Assembly (NCBI GenBank): GCA_965279035.1
Contig: OZ257142.1
Location: 3,328,001-3,392,000, forward strand
Reading direction: 5' to 3'
Source of the DNA: Bacteroidia bacterium
Lineage (GTDB): Bacteria; Bacteroidota; Bacteroidia; M30B66
DNA length: 64,000 nucleotides
Part shown: positions 19,978 to 28,050 of the stretch, piece by piece
How the letters are laid out: the number at the start of each line of letters is the position of its first letter
How positions within the stretch are numbered: position 1 is the first letter of the stretch
The notes under the pieces: model-generated
Databases searched by the model: none
What the model was told of the DNA's origin: nothing
Seen by the model: the letters and a program-made list of their open reading frames with translations, nothing else
Position numbers and translations under genes: made by a program

Positions 19978-21047
19978 CCTTTCGCCTCCTTTTTCTGTCC
20001 TTTGCTTGGAAGTACGCGCAATGGAGCTTCTTTCTTGAGCGACATAATTCCCGTTACAACAACACTATCGCCTGCTTGCAAACCACTTAGAATTTCAATT
20101 TGAGAATCTGTACGATAACCAGTTTCGACAATGGCTTCTTGTGCTTTTCCATTTTTACACACAAATACTTTTTGCCCTTTTAATATGGGAATGATGGCTT
20201 GTGTTGGGATAAACAAGGCTGAATGATTGGTTTTCAAAGGCAAACCTACTTGAGCAAATTGTCCAGAAAGAATTTGTTGATTGGTATTTTGAACCAATGC
20301 GCGCATCTGCACTGTGCGTGTTGAAGTGTTTACTGATGGCTCAAGTGCATATACATTGGCTTTAAAGTCATCAGTTCGACCTTGAACCCTAAAATGAACC
20401 GTAAGTGGCAAACTCAATAGATCGATATAGCGTTCAGGAATGGCAAAATCGAGTTTTAATAAATCGGTTTGTTGCAAGCGTGCAATGGGTGTATTGGCAT
20501 TGACAAAAGCTCCTTCACTTAAGTTTCTCAAACCAATGATGCCCGAAAATGGAGCTCGAATTTCGGTTTTAGCAATTTGTGCTTTCACATAATTCATGTC
20601 GGCATCGGCCACCAGAACTAGGTTTTGTGCTTGATCATATTCTTCCTGACTTGCCCCTTGCAGTTGAAGCAAACTTTTTAAACGATCGGCTTTTTCCAGC
20701 TGAACTTTCCGCTGAATTTGTAGTTTGGAAAGCTGCGCCTGAAGATCGTTATCGTTCAGTTTTACTAAGACTTGTCCTTTCGAAACCCGATCACCTTCTT
20801 TAAAATTGAGTGAAACAATTTTACCCGAAACTTCCGGAATCAAATCCACTTCCTCGTTCGAACGCAAGGTTCCTGTAGAAGTGATTTGTTGTTCTAATTG
20901 TGCTGTATCAACCACATAGATTGTCACCGGCATGGCTTGCACAGGTGGTGGACCAGATTTCGTTTGGTCTTTGGCTCCGGGGAAAAATAGGAACTTGATT
21001 CCAAGCAATAGGGCAATTCCAAGAACTAGTATGAATAGTCTTTTCAT
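19974..21047 (-). CDS. RND periplasmic adaptor (MFP) subunit
   Basis: PEVSGKI, IRAPFSGIIG; start moved to MKRLFIL at 21047, which gives an ATGA overlap with the MarR stop. Confidence 0.9.
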   Translation of the reverse strand: MKRLFILVLGIALLLGIKFLFFPGAKDQTKSGPPPVQAMPVTIYVVDTAQLEQQITSTGTLRSNEEVDLIPEVSGKIVSLNFKEGDRVSKGQVLVKLNDNDLQAQLSKLQIQRKVQLEKADRLKSLLQLQGASQEEYDQAQNLVLVADADMNYVKAQIAKTEIRAPFSGIIGLRNLSEGAFVNANTPIARLQQTDLLKLDFAIPERYIDLLSLPLTVHFRVQGRTDDFKANVYALEPSVNTSTRTVQMRALVQNTNQQILSGQFAQVGLPLKTNHSALFIPTQAIIPILKGQKVFVCKNGKAQEAIVETGYRTDSQIEILSGLQAGDSVVVTGIMSLKKEAPLRVLPSKGQKKEAKG

Positions 21048-21544
21048 AGGGTACGTTTCAATTTGTTCGGGTTGGGTTGAAAATCTATAATGATTTCGTC
21101 GGATGGCATCTCCTTTAAATTGGATGAAATGCGACAAAGTGATTGGTGAAATTGTGCTCGTTCTTCTTCTGTAAGTCCAGCCATCACCCGCTCATTCAAA
21201 TCGGCAACAGCCGCATCAATATCGGGAAGAATAGAACGACCATGATCGGTTAATGCAATGACATAGGAACGACGATCCTCAGCATTGGGAATACGTTTAA
21301 CATAATCGCGCTCGGTCAAAAAATCAATCACTCGCACCATCGATGTTTTATCTATATGGAGAAAATCTCCAACCATTTGCTGAGTGACTTTATCGGGTGA
21401 GCGATCGATGTACATCAATACCGAATAATAACGGTCAATTTCGAGATGAGCTAATTTCTGCGTAAGCGCTCCGTAATACAAACGGGTGAGAACGGCAAGA
21501 TGTCGACCCAAAGGCAATTCTTCGAATAAAGGTCTGGATGACAT
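21044..21544 (-). CDS. MarR family transcriptional regulator
   Basis: IDKTSMVRVIDFL...EDRRSYVIALT; heads the efflux operon; likely start MSSRP at 21544. Confidence 0.9.
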   Translation of the reverse strand: MSSRPLFEELPLGRHLAVLTRLYYGALTQKLAHLEIDRYYSVLMYIDRSPDKVTQQMVGDFLHIDKTSMVRVIDFLTERDYVKRIPNAEDRRSYVIALTDHGRSILPDIDAAVADLNERVMAGLTEEERAQFHQSLCRISSNLKEMPSDEIIIDFQPNPNKLKRTL

Positions 21545-21661
21545 GGGAAATTCGTTTCTAGTGTAAATGGTTGGCAAAGTAAACTAAAGTACGTACGAAT
21601 TGTTGTAGCATTGTCAAAAATTCATTCACAAAAAGAAGGAGATTTTCTCCGATATTGCGCC

Positions 21662-22411
21662 ATGCTTCGACTCTCTGTCGTTTCCTACCTCAACACCGTT
21701 CCATTTCTGTATGGCTTAAACCAAGCCCAATTGGAAGCTAAAGGTTCTATCGATTTAAGTTTGGATATTCCATCTTTATGTGCCGATAAACTACGAAATG
21801 GTCAAGTGGATGTTGGATTAATTCCAGTTGCTACTTTGCCTTTGCTTCCGCAGTTTTCAATTCTAGGAAACACCTGTATTGGTGCTGTTGGGAAAGTCGA
21901 TTCGGTGGTCTTGATGAGTGAAGTTCCACTCGAACAGTTGGAAGAAATTGTACTTGATTATCAATCGCGCACTTCGGTCAATTTATGTCGCTTGTTAGCA
22001 AGAGATTTTTGGAAAATACAACCACGATTTGTAGAAGCTACACCAGATTTTTTAGAGAATATTCAACCGAAACGAGGCTATGTGTTGATTGGTGATCGGG
22101 TGTTTGATCATGCGCGTCGTTTTCAATACGTGTATGATTTAAGTGAAGCCTGGATGCAATGGCAAGAGCTACCATTTGTATTTGCATGTTGGGTTTCGAT
22201 TTTACCTATTGAAAATGAAATATGGCAGCCCATCGAACAAGCACTTCAACACGGAATTCATCATATAAAAGAAGCTTCTGCATCAGTTGAAGGACAATAT
22301 CCTAATCATTATCCGATAGAGAATTACCTCAGCCACCGAATTTCTTACACGCTAGATTCCGCTAAGCGCAAGGGATTGGAAACTTTTTTAGGTATGCTTA
22401 GTACAATTTAA
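21662..22411 (+). CDS. mqnA: Chorismate dehydratase MqnA (futalosine pathway)
   Basis: VSYLNTVPF, SRTSVNL, LIGD, DLSEAW...LPFVFACW; likely start at ATG 21662. Confidence 0.85.
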   Translation: MLRLSVVSYLNTVPFLYGLNQAQLEAKGSIDLSLDIPSLCADKLRNGQVDVGLIPVATLPLLPQFSILGNTCIGAVGKVDSVVLMSEVPLEQLEEIVLDYQSRTSVNLCRLLARDFWKIQPRFVEATPDFLENIQPKRGYVLIGDRVFDHARRFQYVYDLSEAWMQWQELPFVFACWVSILPIENEIWQPIEQALQHGIHHIKEASASVEGQYPNHYPIENYLSHRISYTLDSAKRKGLETFLGMLSTI

Positions 22412-22463
22412 TCAAAGGAAACGGTTTGATTTCCTACTTTAGAGAAGAAAAAAATACTCAGGA

Positions 22464-24104
22464 ATGAAGTTGAAAATGCTGCGTAATCTCCTGCTATTGT
22501 TGCTTATTTCCCCTGTTTCGCAAACACATTTGTATGCAGATAATGGCACCAATAAATTGCAATTACTTCGTATAAAAAACACCATGATGGGTGGCGATTA
22601 TGCTACTGCTTGGCGTTCGTTAAGGGCAATGGAAAAGACCGATAGCACTTCGGCTGAGCTATATTTCCTGAGTGGAGAATGCAATTTTCACCTTAAAAAT
22701 TACGAGGATGCTGTTGAGCGACTTGAAAAATCAATCAAGCTAGATCCCAATGCTGATCCTGATAAATATTTCTATCTCGGACAAACATTGCAGGTACTTG
22801 GATTTTTAGATAAAGCCATTCCAAATTATCAAGCGTATATTGAAAAAGCTGAAAAGAAAGCCGATAATAAAGAAGAAGCAGTTACGCTACTTGATCAATG
22901 TCGACGCGCGAATGAGATTATGTCGAAACCAGTGAACGTGAAAATTCGCAACATTGGTGATGCTATCAATTCCGAATATCCCGAATACAATCCAAGTGTT
23001 TCGGCTGATGGGAAGACGATGATTTTCACTTCTCGTCGTCCCGAATCTACCGGAAAACTAACCGATCCAGAGGATGGGAAATTTTACGAAGACATCTACA
23101 TTTCAGTCCGAGATTCCATCACAGGAAAATGGCTCGAAGCTGAGAATATTCCCGGTTCACTCAATACCGAAACACACGATGCCAACATGACCTTAACGCC
23201 TGATGGCAGTCAGATTTTCGTTTATCGCAACATGGGTTATCGTGGTTCGGGAGAATTGTTTGTTTCGAAAAAATCCCGTGCTGGAAAATGGAGCTCAGCT
23301 AAGCCGGTTGAAGGCGATGTGAACACCAGTTATTTTGAAAGTTCTGCCTGTATTTCACCCGATGGAAAAACCTTGTATTTCGTGAGTGAACGTCCACGTG
23401 GTGGATACGGAATGGGCGATATTTACATGGCAAAAAAGAAAAACAAAACCGAATGGGGCTCCGCCGTGAATTTGGGTTCAGTAGTGAATGATGAATACGA
23501 TCAAATTGGATTATTCATGCACCCGGATGGTAAAACCTTGTATTTCGCTTCCAACTCACCAAAGAGTTTAGGTGGTTACGATATTTTCAAGACCACCATC
23601 GAAAACGGAAAATGTACTCCTCCCGAAAACTTGGGCTTTCCCATCAACACCACGGGCGACGAACGCTTTTTCGCCCTCAGCACCGATGGTCGTTTGGCTT
23701 GGTTTAGCTCTAATCGTACTGGCGGAATTGGCGATTTAGATATTTGGGAAATCGATTTTTCAGCCCTACAAACACAAGCTAAAGTTGACTCAGCATCTTC
23801 GCCTGTTCAAATTCCCAAAGGTCCTCCACTTTCTATCTTAAACGGTAAGGTAATCGACTCCGATGCCGGACAAACCATCGAAACCGAAATCAGCATTACC
23901 GATAAAGAAAACGGTAAAGTGGTCAATGTAAGCAGCGATGAAAATGGCGAGTACTTTATCACCCTCGAAGGCGAACGTACTTATCTGCTCGAAATAAAAA
24001 ATCCATTGTACAAACCCTACACATTCGAAGTCTTCCTAAAAGGCCAAAACGAAGGAACATTTACGAAGGAGAAAATGATTGTGTTGGATCGGGTGAAGAA
24101 GTAG
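22464..24104 (+). CDS. TPR + PD40 (TolB-like propeller) + carboxypeptidase-regulatory-like domain protein (PorE-like, no OmpA domain)
   Basis: N-terminal TPRs; INSEYPEYNPSVSADG, SPDGKTLYF, HPDGKTLYF repeats; SDENGEYFITL. Confidence 0.8.
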   Translation: MKLKMLRNLLLLLLISPVSQTHLYADNGTNKLQLLRIKNTMMGGDYATAWRSLRAMEKTDSTSAELYFLSGECNFHLKNYEDAVERLEKSIKLDPNADPDKYFYLGQTLQVLGFLDKAIPNYQAYIEKAEKKADNKEEAVTLLDQCRRANEIMSKPVNVKIRNIGDAINSEYPEYNPSVSADGKTMIFTSRRPESTGKLTDPEDGKFYEDIYISVRDSITGKWLEAENIPGSLNTETHDANMTLTPDGSQIFVYRNMGYRGSGELFVSKKSRAGKWSSAKPVEGDVNTSYFESSACISPDGKTLYFVSERPRGGYGMGDIYMAKKKNKTEWGSAVNLGSVVNDEYDQIGLFMHPDGKTLYFASNSPKSLGGYDIFKTTIENGKCTPPENLGFPINTTGDERFFALSTDGRLAWFSSNRTGGIGDLDIWEIDFSALQTQAKVDSASSPVQIPKGPPLSILNGKVIDSDAGQTIETEISITDKENGKVVNVSSDENGEYFITLEGERTYLLEIKNPLYKPYTFEVFLKGQNEGTFTKEKMIVLDRVKK

Positions 24105-24139
24105 TACAACGTATTACGATGTACGAAAATTTAGAAGGA

Positions 24140-24178
24140 TGACCTCACCCCCAGCCCCTCTCCTCGAGGAGAGGGGAG
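24140..24178 (+). repeat. REP-like palindrome, copy 2
   Basis: tgacctcacccccagcccctctcctcgaggagaggggag; hairpin CCCCTCTCC/GGAGAGGGG. Confidence 0.8.
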
Positions 24179-24306
24179 TTAATTACGTATAATTTAATAT
24201 CTAGCAGATTTTCTCGTAAATCGTATAGCGAAGCGTTCGTAAATCAGATACCAAACTTTAAAATTGTTCCATTAATTAGAACTATGCTAATAGCTGATTA
24301 AAATAT

Positions 24307-24600
24307 TTATAAGTGATTTTCAATATCCATTATTTCGTGTAATACCCGAATGACTTCTAATACGTTTTGCTTAGTATTTATTTTATAGAAGATCAAATGT
24401 GATTTGACTTTTGAACGCCAATATCCTTTTCTGATTTCCCCAAAATCAACTCCTGAATTTGGATTTGTACAGAGATAATCAATTTCATCAAAAATTAAAT
24501 TCAAATACCGTTCAGCTTGTTGAGTTGACCAATTTTCAATAGTATAAAACCAAATTTCTTTTAAATCATTTTCTGCTTCTTTACTAATCTTATAAATCAT
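24307..24600 (-). CDS. parE: ParE/RelE family toxin
   Basis: YKISKEAENDLKEIWFYT..WS..QA..Y, HLIFY, IRVLH..MD. Confidence 0.92.
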   Translation of the reverse strand: MIYKISKEAENDLKEIWFYTIENWSTQQAERYLNLIFDEIDYLCTNPNSGVDFGEIRKGYWRSKVKSHLIFYKINTKQNVLEVIRVLHEIMDIENHL

Positions 24601-24845
24601 TTCTTTTCCTGATTATCTTTAAGATTTTTCAAAAAAGCATCACGATTAAAATCTTGAACGAATCCTGATTTTTCACCTTTAACAAGTTCTTTAATCAATT
24701 CAGCTTTCTTTGTTTCTTCCTGTTCAAACATTCTCAATGCTGTTCGAACGACTTCACTAGCTGAAGAAAACTTTCCGGTCTTTACAAGTCCGTTTATAAA
24801 ATTATTAAAGTAATCTCCCAGTAAAATGGATGTGTTCTTAGCCAT
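24597..24845 (-). CDS. parD: ParD family (RHH) antitoxin
   Basis: NTSILLG...GKFSSASEVVRTALR...GEKSG; ATGA overlap with the toxin. Confidence 0.92.
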   Translation of the reverse strand: MAKNTSILLGDYFNNFINGLVKTGKFSSASEVVRTALRMFEQEETKKAELIKELVKGEKSGFVQDFNRDAFLKNLKDNQEKK

Positions 24846-24859
24846 GACGTCTTTTTTAA

Positions 24860-24881
24860 CAAAAATACCAATTCTTGGTAT
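24860..24881 (-). promoter_or_regulatory. parDE promoter -7 element (TATTTTTG) overlapped by operator palindrome ATACCAA-N3-TTGGTAT
   Basis: Perfect 7-bp inverted repeat at 24865-24881, just upstream of the parD start. Confidence 0.65.
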
Positions 24882-24968
24882 ATCTTCAGCTGCTTAGGTA
24901 ATTTTTATAAGTATCAAATGAAGATTAGAACCACATAGTATGGCAGCTTAATGCAGATTTTTTTTAAC

Positions 24969-25056
24969 GTATTAAGTAAAAAGTACAAAGTATTACGAGT
25001 TGCTAAAAATGAGCATCTTCTAAAATCTTAATACTTAATACAAATTACTCTATACT
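24969..25056. repeat. Inverted heptamer arrays (AAGTAYW / TAATACT type)
   Basis: gtattaagtaaaaagtacaaagtattac ... tcttaatacttaatac...ctctatact. Confidence 0.6.
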
Positions 25057-25059
25057 ATT

Positions 25060-26331
25060 TCAATTCACCTTCACCACTTTCCCCGTCATTATAGGCACTC
25101 CAGCTTTACTCAGGCGACAATAATAAATGCCCGCAGATACGTTTTCCAACGAAATTGGAGTGGATTCTGAAATCTGAAATTGCTGAATCAATTGTCCAAC
25201 ACTATTGAATAATTCAACATCTAAAACAGGTTTATAATCACCGGTATAGTGAATTTGAAATTGCGTTGAAGTGATGGTATTTAGAAATGAAACGGAAACC
25301 GGAATGATTGGTTTGGGAATGACAGTAACATTCACCGTATCCCAAGTGATGAGTTTACATTGATTGGCCTTGAGATAATAAGTAGTAGTTATTTCAGGAC
25401 TAACTGAAATAGAGTTTCCTCCACCTAAGGAATGTAAGGTATCGCCTTCGAACCATTCGTAGCCTTCGGTTAGTGTGGAAGTGGAGAGTTGAATAGTTGA
25501 GCCAAAATAAACAAAAGTATCAGCACTAACTTTTAAATCAGGAATTTCAATTAATTGAACATCATCGATATATTGATAACATCCAGCCCCTCCCGCAAAT
25601 AATCCTAATGAATCATTTGGAATATTTGTTTCAATGTGATAAATCAATTCATCGTAAGGGACAAAATTCCCTAATACGATGTATTCTTCACCTCCAGTGG
25701 CTTGATAATAATTAAGTACTTTATCCCAACCGGTGGTATCATTCAAATACTCACTGCTATCGCTTTCTAACCATACTTGTGGCTCATGTGGGTATATTCC
25801 ATAAGTTGCTTCATAAGGGTTTGTATTACTAAAATAAACTCCTGTTTTATTTGTCACTGCATATAAATAATAATCCTGTTGAGATATTTGTTTGTAGTAT
25901 AAAGGAGAGCCCGCTGCTATTTGATAGCTGATACAGTAATTTTTATTTTCCAGTTTCCTTTCAAGTTTAACTGAAATGTAATCTGTGAAATTTTCACTTA
26001 CTAATGAATCAAAAGAAATCCCTCCTACAAAATATCCTGCATAGTTATTACCATCAGATGCAAATTGATAACCTTGCCAATTAGTAGGAGAATAGTAAGT
26101 TGAACAAGAAGAAATTGGTAGCGTACCTATATTACATGGAGAATATACATCAGGAGTTTGCGAGGTAGCTGTTTTCCATCCAACAGCAATGGTATTGGGC
26201 TCCAAAGGGTTATTTTGACATTGATCTAAACACATGGTTAATTCCTCGAAACTACCATTAGTCACTAAATTCTGCGCCCCTAAAACCAAGGAGAATAAAA
26301 GTAAAGTGGAAAATAAAATACACTTCAACAT
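25060..26331 (-). CDS. Secreted protein with CBM-like N-domain and T9SS type A CTD
   Basis: AQNLVTNGSFE, YIDDVQL, VSPEITTTYY, FNSVGQ...SAGIYY...KVVKVN. Confidence 0.8.
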   Translation of the reverse strand: MLKCILFSTLLLFSLVLGAQNLVTNGSFEELTMCLDQCQNNPLEPNTIAVGWKTATSQTPDVYSPCNIGTLPISSCSTYYSPTNWQGYQFASDGNNYAGYFVGGISFDSLVSENFTDYISVKLERKLENKNYCISYQIAAGSPLYYKQISQQDYYLYAVTNKTGVYFSNTNPYEATYGIYPHEPQVWLESDSSEYLNDTTGWDKVLNYYQATGGEEYIVLGNFVPYDELIYHIETNIPNDSLGLFAGGAGCYQYIDDVQLIEIPDLKVSADTFVYFGSTIQLSTSTLTEGYEWFEGDTLHSLGGGNSISVSPEITTTYYLKANQCKLITWDTVNVTVIPKPIIPVSVSFLNTITSTQFQIHYTGDYKPVLDVELFNSVGQLIQQFQISESTPISLENVSAGIYYCRLSKAGVPIMTGKVVKVN

Positions 26332-26566
26332 GCACGAATCGTATTTATTCTGCTTAGGAACTAACTAGATTCGAAAGGTAGTGAAAGCGCCAATTTCTAT
26401 ATCGTACAATTTTATGGAGGTGTCGGTTGACTGTATTAAGTACAAAGTATAAAGTAACACGATGTCCTTGCCTAAAATAGGTTGACTTTTTATTATCACT
26501 TTCTACTTTGTTAAAGTAGTTTATTGTTTGTTGTTTTAAGTTTCTTTTTTGGTTCTTTTTTCTTTG

Positions 26567-27433
26567 TTAAGAAGTTGTATTTCTGTTGATATTTCCTGAA
26601 TTCCAGTTATATATGGTCATAGAAGGATTTTGATTTCTTTGGTTATTCACTTTTTCATATTCAGTAGGTGTTAGCATGCCTAATTCACTGTGTGGTCGTT
26701 CATTATTGTAAAGATCCATTGCCTTTTTTGCCATCTCATTGAGATTGCTTTTGGTTAGATTCCATTGAAGTAAGTACTCGTTTTTTATGATGCCATTTAT
26801 TCGTTCAACATAAGCATTTTCTTGTGCTATTGACGCCATACTGATTCGTATTCCTTTGCTTTTTAGCATCTCTTTATGCATCGTGCTGATGTATTGTGAA
26901 CCTCGATCAGAATGAAAAATGCAATTATCTAAATCGTGCCCTTTCCTTATTTTAAAGGCTTTTCTAAGTGCTTTGATATTTTCCTCCGCTCTTAAGCTTG
27001 GAGACAGATGTAGAGCTAATAAGCGCCTTGAATAGACATCTTCAATACAGATTCCATAATGATGTGCATGCTCTACATCGAGATAAAATATGTCAGATTG
27101 CCAAAGCATATTCACATCATTAATCGTTATTCCATTTATCAGATTGTCATATATCTCAACGCGTTGAGACCAAGTCGTTCGTATTGGATTTCTCTTCTTC
27201 TTAACCTTATATCCGTACCTAAAACCAATCCGCTCAAAAGCATCCCTACCTATTGGATGGCGTTGTGGATCCATAAAATAGATCTTTCTACAACCCATTT
27301 GGCGATGATTATGACGCACTTTTGATATGTAACGAACGATACTTTCTTCCACCTTTAATTGGTCGCGACTTCGTCTTTCACTCTTCCAAAGTGCTTGCTT
27401 ACTAAGGCCTGCCACTTCTAACAGACTCTTCAT
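26567..27433 (-). CDS. IS3 transposase OrfB (DDE integrase core)
   Basis: WQSDI, FHSDRGSQY, ENAYVERINGIIKNE, YNNERPHSEL. Confidence 0.93.
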   Translation of the reverse strand: MKSLLEVAGLSKQALWKSERRSRDQLKVEESIVRYISKVRHNHRQMGCRKIYFMDPQRHPIGRDAFERIGFRYGYKVKKKRNPIRTTWSQRVEIYDNLINGITINDVNMLWQSDIFYLDVEHAHHYGICIEDVYSRRLLALHLSPSLRAEENIKALRKAFKIRKGHDLDNCIFHSDRGSQYISTMHKEMLKSKGIRISMASIAQENAYVERINGIIKNEYLLQWNLTKSNLNEMAKKAMDLYNNERPHSELGMLTPTEYEKVNNQRNQNPSMTIYNWNSGNINRNTTS

Positions 27434-27852
27434 TTTGTACCCGTGCTTTTGTCCTTTTGTGGATCGGAACCAGAGTAAGGCTGGTTTAATAAATTTTTTT
27501 TTAAATCAGTTTGGAACTCCTCATTTGCTAACTCAATGACCTTGCTCAATAAATCAAGTTCCATCTGTTTTCGGCCCAATGCGGCTTCCAATTCACGGAT
27601 GCGCTGCTCAAGCTCTTTGCTTTTGTATGATTCGCTTTGCTCTTCCACTACTAAGATTTTTCCTCTCTTCAAATATCGACTATATTGATAAATCCATCGA
27701 TAAACTGAAGTTATTGTTACTCCTAGTTCCTGGGCTACTTTAGATACTGAAGCCACTCCGGATTCAATATCCTTAACTGTTTGACGCTTTAATTCTTCAC
27801 TAAAAACTCTTCGTGGCCGAATTACTTCTTTGCGATTTAAATGCTTTTTCAT
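27430..27852 (-). CDS. IS3 transposase OrfA (HTH)
   Basis: FSEELKRQTV, VAQELGV..TSVYRW, leucine-zipper-like segment, LKK at an A9 slippery site. Confidence 0.9.
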   Translation of the reverse strand: MKKHLNRKEVIRPRRVFSEELKRQTVKDIESGVASVSKVAQELGVTITSVYRWIYQYSRYLKRGKILVVEEQSESYKSKELEQRIRELEAALGRKQMELDLLSKVIELANEEFQTDLKKNLLNQPYSGSDPQKDKSTGTK

Positions 27853-27962
27853 GTCCCGTTTTTTAAGTTGATTTTGGTCAACCTATTTCAGTCACGGACA
27901 CGATGTGCTTAATATCTGCATTTAGTTATGATCTTAATATTTAAATATTGGTACTTGTTAAT

Positions 27963-28050
27963 GTGTTAAGTATAAAGTACCAAGATTTACGAATTGCTCA
28001 ATTGAAGCAGTTTCAAAAAATCTTAATACTCTATACTTGATACTTAATTC
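27963..28050. repeat. Inverted heptamer arrays downstream of metH
   Basis: gtgttaagtataaagtaccaag ... tcttaatactctatacttgatacttaattc; same family as 24969-25056 and 26433-26462. Confidence 0.55.

Larger units (their letters stand above)
26463..27900 (-). mobile_element. IS3 family insertion sequence, 1438 bp
   Basis: TG...CA ends; imperfect IRs tgtccttgcctaaaataggttgac / tgtccgtgactgaaataggttgac; 3-bp TSD CGA at 26460-26462 and 27901-27903. Confidence 0.93.

Noticed and set aside
21048-21137. N-terminal extension of the MFP ORF given in the track
   Set aside because: It overlaps the MarR gene. The ATG at 21047 gives a normal membrane anchor and ATGA coupling.
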